In this document: in pieces, positions 49,089 through 56,407 of the stretch
How positions within the stretch are numbered: position 1 is the stretch's first letter
Layout of the letters: each line of letters begins with the position of its first letter
IMG/VR virus record: IMGVR_UViG_3300042691_025170
Coordinates: 36,579 to 100,578 of that record
DNA length: 64,000 bases
Strand: one strand, 5' to 3'
Source: a virus
Made by a program: the position numbers and the translations under genes
The notes under the pieces: model-generated
What the model saw: only the letters and a program-made list of their open reading frames with translations
The model's database searches: none
Told to the model about the DNA's origin: nothing

Positions 49089-49571
49089 ATGAAAACAAAT
49101 GTAAGAAACACTATTTTTTTTGAACTGAAAATCATAAAAGAATATTGGCAGATAACTTCTATACTTGCAACTATTATATTTTTCTGCGTTTACTTTTGGC
49201 TACAAAGTAAGGAAGCAAATGAAAGAGTTGAAGAATTGAGTATTACTAACAAAGAACTAAAAGACAGAATAAGTCGTTTGGAAGGACAAGTGGATGTAAT
49301 CAATAGTAATATGGTTTTATTTGTGGAAAGAAATCCAGGTCTGACAACATATCGTTTGGAAATGTTGGAAGAAGCAATGGATGTTCAACAGGTTTTGAAT
49401 AGTCTTAATAGGAGAAACGAAACCGAAATTAAAATAGTTCAAATACCTACACCTGTGCCGGTATTTAATCCATCTCTCACACCGCCAACATATAATCCGA
49501 CTCAAATTCAAAGGTCAGATTCAAAAGTAAGTGTTCCGCAAAAGAAAAAGAGTTTGTTTAAAAATAATTAA
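49089..49571 (+). CDS. Single-TM coiled-coil protein
   Basis: TM segment, heptads, Pro-rich tail. Confidence 0.6.
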   Translation: MKTNVRNTIFFELKIIKEYWQITSILATIIFFCVYFWLQSKEANERVEELSITNKELKDRISRLEGQVDVINSNMVLFVERNPGLTTYRLEMLEEAMDVQQVLNSLNRRNETEIKIVQIPTPVPVFNPSLTPPTYNPTQIQRSDSKVSVPQKKKSLFKNN

Positions 49572-49591
49572 ATTTGTATATTGTAGAATAA

Positions 49592-49665
49592 GGGCCCTTA
49601 GCTCATTCGGTTAGAGCAAATGACTCATAATCATTAGGTGGTTGGTTCGATCCCAACAGGGCCCA
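49592..49665 (+). tRNA. tRNA with CAU anticodon, most likely Ile2 (lysidine type)
   Basis: GGGCCCT/AGGGCCC acceptor and GACTCATAATC arm resemble bacterial tRNA-Ile2 rather than elongator Met. Confidence 0.85.
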
Positions 49666-49671
49666 CAAAAA

Positions 49672-49756
49672 GGAGAGGTGGCAGAGCGGTTGAACGCGGC
49701 GGTCTTGAAAACCGTTTTACTGAAAAGTAACGGGGGTTCGAATCCCTCCCTCTCCG
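49672..49756 (+). tRNA. tRNA-Ser(UGA)
   Basis: GGAGAGG/CCTCTCC acceptor, G discriminator, CTTGAAA loop, long variable arm. Confidence 0.95.
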
Positions 49757-49791
49757 CATTTTTTTCTTTTTCTTATATTTAATCATAAATT

Positions 49792-49983
49792 ATGGAGTAT
49801 AAGTGGAAAGGAATAAATCTATATTCAGAAGAAAATAATAAAAAGATTAGTCGGATTATTCAAATAGAATGGAAAATAACTGAAGCAATCCGAAACGGAC
49901 ACAAATCGTATTGGGGAGACCAATTTAGAGAAGAAAGAAATGAAATGTTACAATTAAGAAAAGAGATACTAGGAGAAAAATAA
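49792..49983 (+). CDS. Hypothetical protein
   Basis: 63-aa ORF between tRNAs. Confidence 0.5.
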   Translation: MEYKWKGINLYSEENNKKISRIIQIEWKITEAIRNGHKSYWGDQFREERNEMLQLRKEILGEK

Positions 49984-49987
49984 ATAA

Positions 49988-50069
49988 GCCCATATGGCGT
50001 AATTGGTAGCCGCGCTAGACTTAGGATCTAGTGAAGTGATTCGTGGGGGTTCGAGTCCCTCTATGGGCA
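49988..50069 (+). tRNA. tRNA-Leu(UAG)
   Basis: GCCCATA/TATGGGC acceptor, CTAGA-CTTAGGA-TCTAG arm, long variable arm. Confidence 0.95.
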
Positions 50070-50123
50070 CATTTAGAAATTAAAAAACATATATTTATAT
50101 TTGTAAACATTAAACAATTAGTT

Positions 50124-50633
50124 ATGACAGAATTTTCATTTTTTGTAATGGGTGTTATAGGAACACTACTTACATCTACAATAGTTAGTATGATAGATTT
50201 TAAATTAACTCTCAATAATTTGAAGAGGTCTTTGACTGACATAAAATCGGTCAGAGAAAAACGAGAGGAATTACTTGATAAAAAAATAGATTCGGAAAAA
50301 GAAAACTTGATTAAGTTTTTGAAATCAAATGTAGAACATCTAAATTCCAATTTGGAAGTTTTGCAAAAAAGACAAAGTGAAACTTTTGAAAAATTAAATA
50401 CTGATTCTATAAATGGTTTTGATAAGATACATAATAGAACTACATTTGAAGTTGATAAATTATGGAATAGAATCACGGATGAAGTTAATGTATTAAGAAA
50501 TCAAATTGCTTCTAGACAAATTCAAAACTATGATGACTCTCATATTATTAATAAAATGTCAGAGTTGGAAAAAAAATTAGATTATTTTATAACATTAGTT
50601 TCTAATATTGATTCGAAAAAGACTAGAAAGTAG
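50124..50633 (+). CDS. Single-TM coiled-coil protein
   Basis: ATG 50124 after TATATTTG; the longer start overlaps tRNA-Leu. Confidence 0.6.
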   Translation: MTEFSFFVMGVIGTLLTSTIVSMIDFKLTLNNLKRSLTDIKSVREKREELLDKKIDSEKENLIKFLKSNVEHLNSNLEVLQKRQSETFEKLNTDSINGFDKIHNRTTFEVDKLWNRITDEVNVLRNQIASRQIQNYDDSHIINKMSELEKKLDYFITLVSNIDSKKTRK

Positions 50634-50634
50634 T

Positions 50635-50666
50635 TTTGTAAAAGTCAAAAATAATACTTATATTTG
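50635..50666 (+). promoter_or_regulatory. Bacteroidota-type promoter of tmRNA
   Basis: TTTG-N20-TATATTTG. Confidence 0.75.
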
Positions 50667-50684
50667 TAATGTTCTTTGAAATAT

Positions 50685-51080
50685 GGGGGTGAATAGAATT
50701 GATTGGTAACATAGTTCATTTCCTGCAAGTGGTGTTAGATGGAAACACTTAAATCCTCTATCAACAAACAAACGGAGAGCAAATCTCTACCTTCACCTTC
50801 GCAGATGCTATGGCATTTGTAGGTGCAGAAGAATACGCACTAGCTGCCTAGTCTTATCCCGTATCACTCATGGGATGTGTCAAAAAGAAGTGAGCCAGTT
50901 TTCTTGGTAGTCACAAAACCAAGTGGTGGATCCCGGATTTCCGGAGCCCAGTATGGCGTAGTAGCCAAGTCTAACTACTACCACCGTCATTCCGAAGCGG
51001 TGTGAGAATTTCGGAATAAACTTGTGAGTGAAGGAATGGGTTAGTTAAACAAGACGGGAGTGCGAATCTCCCCACCTCCA
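50685..51080 (+). ncRNA. ssrA: tmRNA
   Basis: GGGGGTG/CACCTCC-A acceptor with G3:U, T-arm GGGAG-TGCGAAT-CTCCC, internal tag ORF 50774..50851 GEQISTFTFADAMAFVGAEEYALAA-stop. Confidence 0.93.
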
Positions 51081-51089
51081 CTAAAAATA

Positions 51090-51121
51090 TTTGTAAACTT
51101 GTAAAAGTTTTCATATATTTG
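51090..51121 (+). promoter_or_regulatory. Bacteroidota-type promoter of tRNA-fMet
   Basis: TTTG-N20-TATATTTG. Confidence 0.75.
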
Positions 51122-51128
51122 TATAAAT

Positions 51129-51200
51129 CGCGGGATAGAGCAGTGGTAGCTCACTTGGCTCATAACCAAAAAGTCGTAGGTTCGAATCCTACTCCCGCTA
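51129..51200 (+). tRNA. Initiator tRNA-fMet(CAU)
   Basis: CGCGGGA/TCCCGCT with C1:U72 mismatch, CTCATAA loop, GGTTCGAATCC. Confidence 0.9.
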
Positions 51201-51224
51201 CGAAAGATGTTATTTGAAATAAAC

Positions 51225-51506
51225 AAATGTGGCCGAATAACCACTAATCAGGTGGTAAGGCATTCTCAATGTGGGCTGAAAAGCCCCAATGGAGTTGTCG
51301 TGACGATGAGATAAAATCACCATCACTAGGGATTAGGCCAATCCTATTAGTGCTCTGGATACACCGAAGAAATTGCATCTATGATTGCAGGTGTTGTTGG
51401 TAACCAATCCAATCGTTCATTAACAAACGGAGTCGCTATCCGTTTGGAGCGTGGGTGAAAAGGGGTCGTCAGTTGACTTGTGAGTAAATGTGAGTCTCAC
51501 CATTTT
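51225..51506 (+). ncRNA. Candidate ~280-nt multi-stem ncRNA, family unknown
   Basis: No ORF; at least 8 nested helices (see findings); ends in a T-run. Confidence 0.65.
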
Positions 51507-51523
51507 TTTATTTCATTATAGTA

Positions 51524-51621
51524 TTTGGGTGTATAAAGCTTTCTAACCGAAAGGTCAGTAGGGAATAGTTGATGGCAAACTATTGGAGAGATAATGAGAG
51601 AGCTTAGTCATTTACACCTAA
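51524..51621 (+). ncRNA. Candidate ~100-nt structured RNA
   Basis: TTTGGGTGTA/TACACCTAAA, AAGCTTTCT/AGAGAGCTT, ACC-GAAA-GGT, AATAGTT/AACTATT. Confidence 0.55.
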
Positions 51622-51653
51622 AAATTTTTGTCCAATATGGGAAATTGATTGTT

Positions 51654-51974
51654 ATGGAAAATATAGTACTACCGATGTGTATACTCGGTATTTTTTTATT
51701 TATGTATGGGTACAGAAAAAAATACCTAAATTATGAAGAATATCCTTCTGCCCCTGTATCTAAACTGATACCTCATTGGTATGAGATTAAGTCATGCCTA
51801 AATGACAGTATAAAATATACTGGCCCTTTTATATTCACTCCTTTTATGAAAGGTGATGTGGTGGTAGATGAGGATGGTCAGAAATATGAAGTTGGTAATA
51901 GAGTAAGAGAAAATCCGAAAGATAACATAATAGTAGTTTCAAAAACAATACGATGGAGATGCGAACCCCAATAG
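51654..51974 (+). CDS. Hypothetical single-TM protein
   Basis: ATG 51654 downstream of the structured element. Confidence 0.5.
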   Translation: MENIVLPMCILGIFLFMYGYRKKYLNYEEYPSAPVSKLIPHWYEIKSCLNDSIKYTGPFIFTPFMKGDVVVDEDGQKYEVGNRVRENPKDNIIVVSKTIRWRCEPQ

Positions 51975-52354
51975 TCTTTAATGCTAAAGAATGTAAAGAG
52001 TGTAATGTCCCAAAAGGTTGGGGACATGAAATCATTTTTGAAAACAATGAACTTTATTGTGGAAAACTTTTGTGTTTCAAGAAGGGAGCAAAGTTTTCTA
52101 TGCACTATCATCTGATTAAAGATGAAACTTGGTATGTGAAAGAAGGTGAGTTCATCTATCGTTGGATTAATACAGTAACAGCGGAGGTAAAAGAAGTCCT
52201 ACTAAAAGAGGGAGATACCGTCAGACAATTACCTGGCCAACCACATCAATTGGAAGCATTAACAGAGGGTGTTATATTTGAAGTATCCACACAACATTTT
52301 GATTCCGACTCTTACAGAGTTTGGAAAGGAGATGGTCAAATAACTAAAATATGA
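51953..52354 (+). CDS. Cupin, sugar-phosphate isomerase-like
   Basis: VPKGWGHE, YCGKLL, SMHYH..KDETW, PGQPHQL, EVSTQHFDSDSYR. Confidence 0.8.
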   Translation: MEMRTPIVFNAKECKECNVPKGWGHEIIFENNELYCGKLLCFKKGAKFSMHYHLIKDETWYVKEGEFIYRWINTVTAEVKEVLLKEGDTVRQLPGQPHQLEALTEGVIFEVSTQHFDSDSYRVWKGDGQITKI

Positions 52355-52749
52355 AAATTTGGGTGAACGGAACATTTGATGTCCTACACATAGGACACAT
52401 TAGACTATTAAAGTATGCGGCATCTTTAGGTGAATTGCGTGTTGGTATAGACACCGATGAAAGAGTTAAACGATTGAAAGGTGATGGCAGACCTTTTAAC
52501 AATTTAGGTGAACGTATAGAGTTTCTAGCCTCTTTGAAATTTGTAAAAGATGTCGTAACTTATACCACAGATGAAGAACTGGAAAATCACATAAAAAACT
52601 ATAAACCAGATATTATGGTGAAAGGTTCGGATTGGAAAGGCGGAAATATAATAGGTGGACGATATGTGAATGATATTCGTTTCATAGATATGGTAGAAGG
52701 TAAATCAACAACAAAAATTTTAAACTATGAAAGTAACGGTAATAGGTGA
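52351..52749 (+). CDS. Nucleotidyltransferase, HldC / RfaE domain II-like
   Basis: NGTFDVLHIGH, D..VKRLKGDGRPFN, KGSDW, KSTT. Confidence 0.88.
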   Translation: MKIWVNGTFDVLHIGHIRLLKYAASLGELRVGIDTDERVKRLKGDGRPFNNLGERIEFLASLKFVKDVVTYTTDEELENHIKNYKPDIMVKGSDWKGGNIIGGRYVNDIRFIDMVEGKSTTKILNYESNGNR

Positions 52750-53464
52750 GATATGTGAAGATATATTTGTATATGGTGAGTCCAAAAGATTAAGCCCAGA
52801 AGTACCTGTTCCTGTTTTTGTACCCAAGCGTTCATCTGCTAATAAAGGAATGGCAGGTAATGTAGTACAAAATTTACTAGCTATAAATCCAAGTTGTGAT
52901 GTTATTGGTTTTCATCAAAGTCGTTCAATAAAGAAAACAAGATATGTACATGATAAAACAAACCATATGTTTTTACGAGTTGATGAAGGTGAAGTAGTTG
53001 AAAATTTTGTAATGACTGAACATATCTTAAAACGAATCATAGAATCTGATATTGTTATTATCAGCGATTATGACAAAGGATATTTGGACAAGCATGATAT
53101 TCGTTCTATATCATCAAATAGTAAATTGTGTATTCTTGATTCTAAAAAAGTGTTGGATACCTATACTATAAAATCCGTAAGGTTTGTCAAACTAAACGAA
53201 ACCGAGTTTCAAAATAATAAATTTGACGATTCCGATATTAGTAAAATTATTATCACACGTGGTATAGATGGTACTGATTATATGGGTAATAATTATCCCT
53301 CACCCAAACCTATCCAAACTATGGATGTTAGTGGAGCTGGCGATACATTTACCGCCGCCTTTGCTATAAAGTATTTTGAAACAAAGGAAACTAAACAATC
53401 AATCATTTATGCCAATGAAATGGCAAGTATTGTAGTATCTAAAAGAGGAGTAGCAACACCATGA
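52727..53464 (+). CDS. PfkB kinase, HldA / RfaE domain I-like
   Basis: RLSPEVPVPV, GMAGNV..NL, KTRY, SDYDKG, DVSGAGDTF, VVSKRG. Confidence 0.88.
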   Translation: MKVTVIGEICEDIFVYGESKRLSPEVPVPVFVPKRSSANKGMAGNVVQNLLAINPSCDVIGFHQSRSIKKTRYVHDKTNHMFLRVDEGEVVENFVMTEHILKRIIESDIVIISDYDKGYLDKHDIRSISSNSKLCILDSKKVLDTYTIKSVRFVKLNETEFQNNKFDDSDISKIIITRGIDGTDYMGNNYPSPKPIQTMDVSGAGDTFTAAFAIKYFETKETKQSIIYANEMASIVVSKRGVATP

Positions 53465-54288
53465 AAAATGTAATAATTACAGGTACAAAAGGATTTATTG
53501 GTGGCAGACTATTGAATAGACTAAAGGGTGAATTCAATTGTTATGAAATAAACGAAGACATATTTGATAGTTCTGATTTGACAAAGGAAATAGATAACAT
53601 CATGTTTAATGTGAATCCGGTAGCCGTGTTTCATGTTGGAGCATGTTCCAATACATTAGAAACTGATGTAAACTATATGATGAGTAGAAATTTTGAATTC
53701 ACCAAAATACTATCAGATCAATGCACTTTGTATAAACATAACATACCATTTGTATATTCTTCTTCCGCTGCAAATTATGGTATAGACGGAACTAGTCCTT
53801 CAAATCTATATGGATGGAGTAAATATGTAGCTGAACAATATGTTACACTAAATGGTGGTGTAGCTCTACGCTACTTTAATGTGTACGGACCAGGCGAAGA
53901 ACATAAAGGTAAAATGTCATCAGTTGCTTTTCAAATGTGGAAAAAGTATAAAAGAGGTGATATTATAAAAATATTTCCTGGCAAACCTCAGCGAGATTTT
54001 GTTTACATTGAAGATGTAATAGAAGCTAATATTGAAGCATATAAAAATTATGACGAATACCATTTCCACTGGTTTGATGTTGGTTATGGTGAGTCAAGAA
54101 CATTTGAAGATGTTTTGGATATAATGGCAATACCATTTGAATACACGGATGAAAACGATATTCCAAAAGGATATCAGTTTTTCACAAAGAGTAATCCCGA
54201 TAAGTGGATGAGTGGATGGAAGCCAAAATATCCAATAGAAGTTGGATTAACCGAATATAAAAAATATCTTGAAAATGGAAAATTCTAA
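53461..54288 (+). CDS. hldD: ADP-L-glycero-D-manno-heptose 6-epimerase-like
   Basis: GFIG, FHVGACSNT.E, YSSSAANYG, PSNLYGWSK, LRYFNVYGPGEEHKGKMSSV, RDFVYIEDV, YQFFTKS. Confidence 0.85.
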   Translation: MKNVIITGTKGFIGGRLLNRLKGEFNCYEINEDIFDSSDLTKEIDNIMFNVNPVAVFHVGACSNTLETDVNYMMSRNFEFTKILSDQCTLYKHNIPFVYSSSAANYGIDGTSPSNLYGWSKYVAEQYVTLNGGVALRYFNVYGPGEEHKGKMSSVAFQMWKKYKRGDIIKIFPGKPQRDFVYIEDVIEANIEAYKNYDEYHFHWFDVGYGESRTFEDVLDIMAIPFEYTDENDIPKGYQFFTKSNPDKWMSGWKPKYPIEVGLTEYKKYLENGKF

Positions 54289-54454
54289 AATAGATAAAGT
54301 AATAGAGTTACTAATAGAAATCCGTGACCTATTAAAAAATCAGTCACCACAACCTCAGACAAAAATAACGGTTGTCGGAAATCGTTCTGCCAATTCAGCA
54401 GGAAGGCCACCAAAGACTGCCGGACTCAATACTAACGAGGATTTTACCCTATAG
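54284..54454 (+). CDS. Hypothetical small protein (start approximate)
   Basis: ORF overlapping the end of hldD (track 54269..54454). Confidence 0.4.
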   Translation, partial: SKIDKVIELLIEIRDLLKNQSPQPQTKITVVGNRSANSAGRPPKTAGLNTNEDFTL

Positions 54455-54455
54455 C

Positions 54456-54742
54456 ATAACTACTTGATTATCAATGGTTTATAACTACTTGATTATCAAT
54501 CAGTTATAAGCGTGTTTCCTATGTCCTAAAGGGTATTTATAACTGTTTGATTATCAATCAGTTATAAAATATTTTGTAACTGTCTGATTATCAGGGGGAA
54601 AGATTTCAAAAAAAGTTCCCCAAAATGTAACCTTTCAGCCCCAATTCCGTTTAATAGTTTGACTCCATCAGTCTAGCCGTACTATTGTGCAACTGACTGA
54701 TAATCAACGAGTTACACAATTATCTGATAATCAACAAGTTAC
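54456..54742. repeat. Six imperfect ~27-bp palindromes, consensus RTAACTNNYTGATWATCARNNAGTTAY
   Basis: Copies at 54456, 54481, 54539, 54576 (core GATTATC) and 54689, 54716 (core GATAATC). Confidence 0.9.
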
Positions 54743-54746
54743 AACT

Positions 54747-55028
54747 ATGGCAATTATTGACCTCAAAACCAAAAAATACATCGTCATCGGTGGTGTTATC
54801 CATGTGTCCGAAAGGGAAGTTCCTTTTGATACGAAGTATGATGTTATCAGTCCAAAGACAGGTGTTCAGAAACGATTTCATTTTAAGGAATCAACGGGTT
54901 CTGAGTTTGACCCAAAGACAGAATGGGTTTTCAAATCAGACGATGGATATGAGTTCAGAGTTTGTAACGATAAACGAATGACCAAGTGGGCAGCAGAAAA
55001 TTATTTGAATCATAAATTACAAAACTAA
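54747..55028 (+). CDS. Hypothetical protein
   Basis: ATG 54747 directly after last repeat; the upstream extension is translated repeat. Confidence 0.6.
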   Translation: MAIIDLKTKKYIVIGGVIHVSEREVPFDTKYDVISPKTGVQKRFHFKESTGSEFDPKTEWVFKSDDGYEFRVCNDKRMTKWAAENYLNHKLQN

Positions 55029-55384
55029 TGAAACCGATTGTAAATTTCAACCAACGATTGGAACAAGAACAGATAGTAGTCAATGGTAAATATTTTAGGT
55101 TGTCACCCGATATTCCCACTTTGACAAATTGGTCGGTAGTTAGTATATGGCCCGATTGTGAAGAGAAAGTATTGATTCATCACAAATTAGAAATTGATTG
55201 GACTAATATGTGTTTCCGATTTTATCGTGTTAGGAGACGAGAGGGATTTATATCTTATAAGAGAACAGAAATCCTTTATGGTACTTTTGACCTAATAGAT
55301 TGTAGAGACCATATTGTGTTTATGAATAATGTGATATGTCGTAATATAGATAAACTGATGAGCGATGGTACATACTATTACTAA
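55028..55384 (+). CDS. Hypothetical protein (IxNF-leader family)
   Basis: MKPIVNFNQRL. Confidence 0.6.
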   Translation: MKPIVNFNQRLEQEQIVVNGKYFRLSPDIPTLTNWSVVSIWPDCEEKVLIHHKLEIDWTNMCFRFYRVRRREGFISYKRTEILYGTFDLIDCRDHIVFMNNVICRNIDKLMSDGTYYY

Positions 55385-55508
55385 GTCCCGTAAACGCAGA
55401 CTGCAAGTAGAACAAGGTGCGTATGATGGTCGGTATCGTCAAAAGATGGTGACCGACAAAAAGAAGAAGTGGAATAAAACAATTTGTAGAAAGAAAGTAG
55501 AGTTATGA
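55365..55508 (+). CDS. 47-aa basic peptide (not in ORF track)
   Basis: MVHTITKSRKRRLQVEQGAYDGRYRQKMVTDKKKKWNKTICRKKVEL; stop overlaps next ATG. Confidence 0.55.
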   Translation: MVHTITKSRKRRLQVEQGAYDGRYRQKMVTDKKKKWNKTICRKKVEL

Positions 55509-55726
55509 GTGTATTAAAAGTCAAGTTCCGTTCCGAGTTTCAGATAGGTGTAATCAAACACGAGTTGGAACAGAAGTATGGTTGTCGTATTCGTCCCCGT
55601 GGTCGTCACTCTAATCGTAAAGCAGTATTAGGTTGGAGATGGTGTAAAGGTGCACAAAACGACATACCGTGGAGGTTAGCAGAGACGGTAGCGTTTTATC
55701 AGATAAATAATTGTAAACAAAAATAA
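55505..55726 (+). CDS. Hypothetical basic protein
   Basis: RPRGRH..R..QNDIP. Confidence 0.55.
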   Translation: MSVLKVKFRSEFQIGVIKHELEQKYGCRIRPRGRHSNRKAVLGWRWCKGAQNDIPWRLAETVAFYQINNCKQK

Positions 55727-55732
55727 AGAGTT

Positions 55733-56017
55733 ATGTTTAAGAGTACACAAAACAGAGGATTTCAAATCACATTCGCAAATGGTTACACAATCTCCGTACA
55801 ATGGGGCGTGGGTAATTATGGCGACCACCGAACCGGAAAAGTAGGTGAGGAAATGAAACACCACACATGGCAATCCGAAACTGCCGAAGTTGCGGTATGG
55901 GATGAGAATGGTGATTGGGTAAGACCGGTAGGTGGGGCTGATGATGTGAAAGCATATCAGACACCCGAAGAAGTAGCAGAGGCAATTGAACGAGTAAGTA
56001 AATGGAAAGCAGTATGA
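55733..56017 (+). CDS. Hypothetical phage protein
   Basis: GFQITFANGYTISVQWG.GNY..AEVAVW. Confidence 0.65.
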   Translation: MFKSTQNRGFQITFANGYTISVQWGVGNYGDHRTGKVGEEMKHHTWQSETAEVAVWDENGDWVRPVGGADDVKAYQTPEEVAEAIERVSKWKAV

Positions 56018-56122
56018 CGAAGAAAGAGAAGAAGTTTTTAGACAAGAAGTTGGAGAACTTTATGAAGAGGTTGGAGAAACCCGAAATCAAAAAAGTATTC
56101 GTAAGATTAAAAGACAGATGAT

Positions 56123-56389
56123 ATGAAGAAAATCAGAATCAAAACCAAAATGGAAATGACCGAGTGTAAAAGTTGTGGTGGTGAGATGCCACTCCTTCGT
56201 AAGACACTCTATGGTTACAAGAATTGTATCAAGTGTAGTGACATCAAACCTTATGGGTGTGCTCATGTTACCAATCACAAGACAGGTAACGAGATTCAAA
56301 TCCTACCACACGATGTAGCAGAACGACACAATCGTATCGCAGCACGACAAGGGTATGGTGTATCTAACGGAATGAAATTTACTGATTAA
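56123..56389 (+). CDS. C4 Zn-finger protein (DksA/TraR-finger-like)
   Basis: CKSCGGEMP..R...GYKNCIKCS. Confidence 0.6.
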   Translation: MKKIRIKTKMEMTECKSCGGEMPLLRKTLYGYKNCIKCSDIKPYGCAHVTNHKTGNEIQILPHDVAERHNRIAARQGYGVSNGMKFTD

Positions 56390-56407
56390 AAATCAAAAAC
56401 AAAATTT

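Noticed and set aside
51354-51394. Glycine riboswitch aptamer (CTCTGGA..ACACCGAAGAA..CAGGT resemblance)
   Set aside because: It lacks the GGAGAG plus P2 helix and the CUYUCAGG ligand strand, and is embedded in a larger fold with no glycine-related gene downstream
51225-51621. RNase P RNA, group I intron or hammerhead ribozyme
   Set aside because: No GAGGAAAGTCC core, no recognisable P7 elements and no CTGANGA..GAAA core found by eye on either strand
54456-54742. CRISPR array
   Set aside because: Repeats abut or overlap, spacing is irregular, orientation flips and there are no unique spacers of constant length; the nuclease at 9173 is a typical replication-module exonuclease, not evidence of a cas locus
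54687-54746. N-terminal peptide repeat QL(T/S)DNQxVT of the 113-aa ORF
   Set aside because: It is a by-product of translating two DNA palindromes; ATG 54747 is the more plausible start
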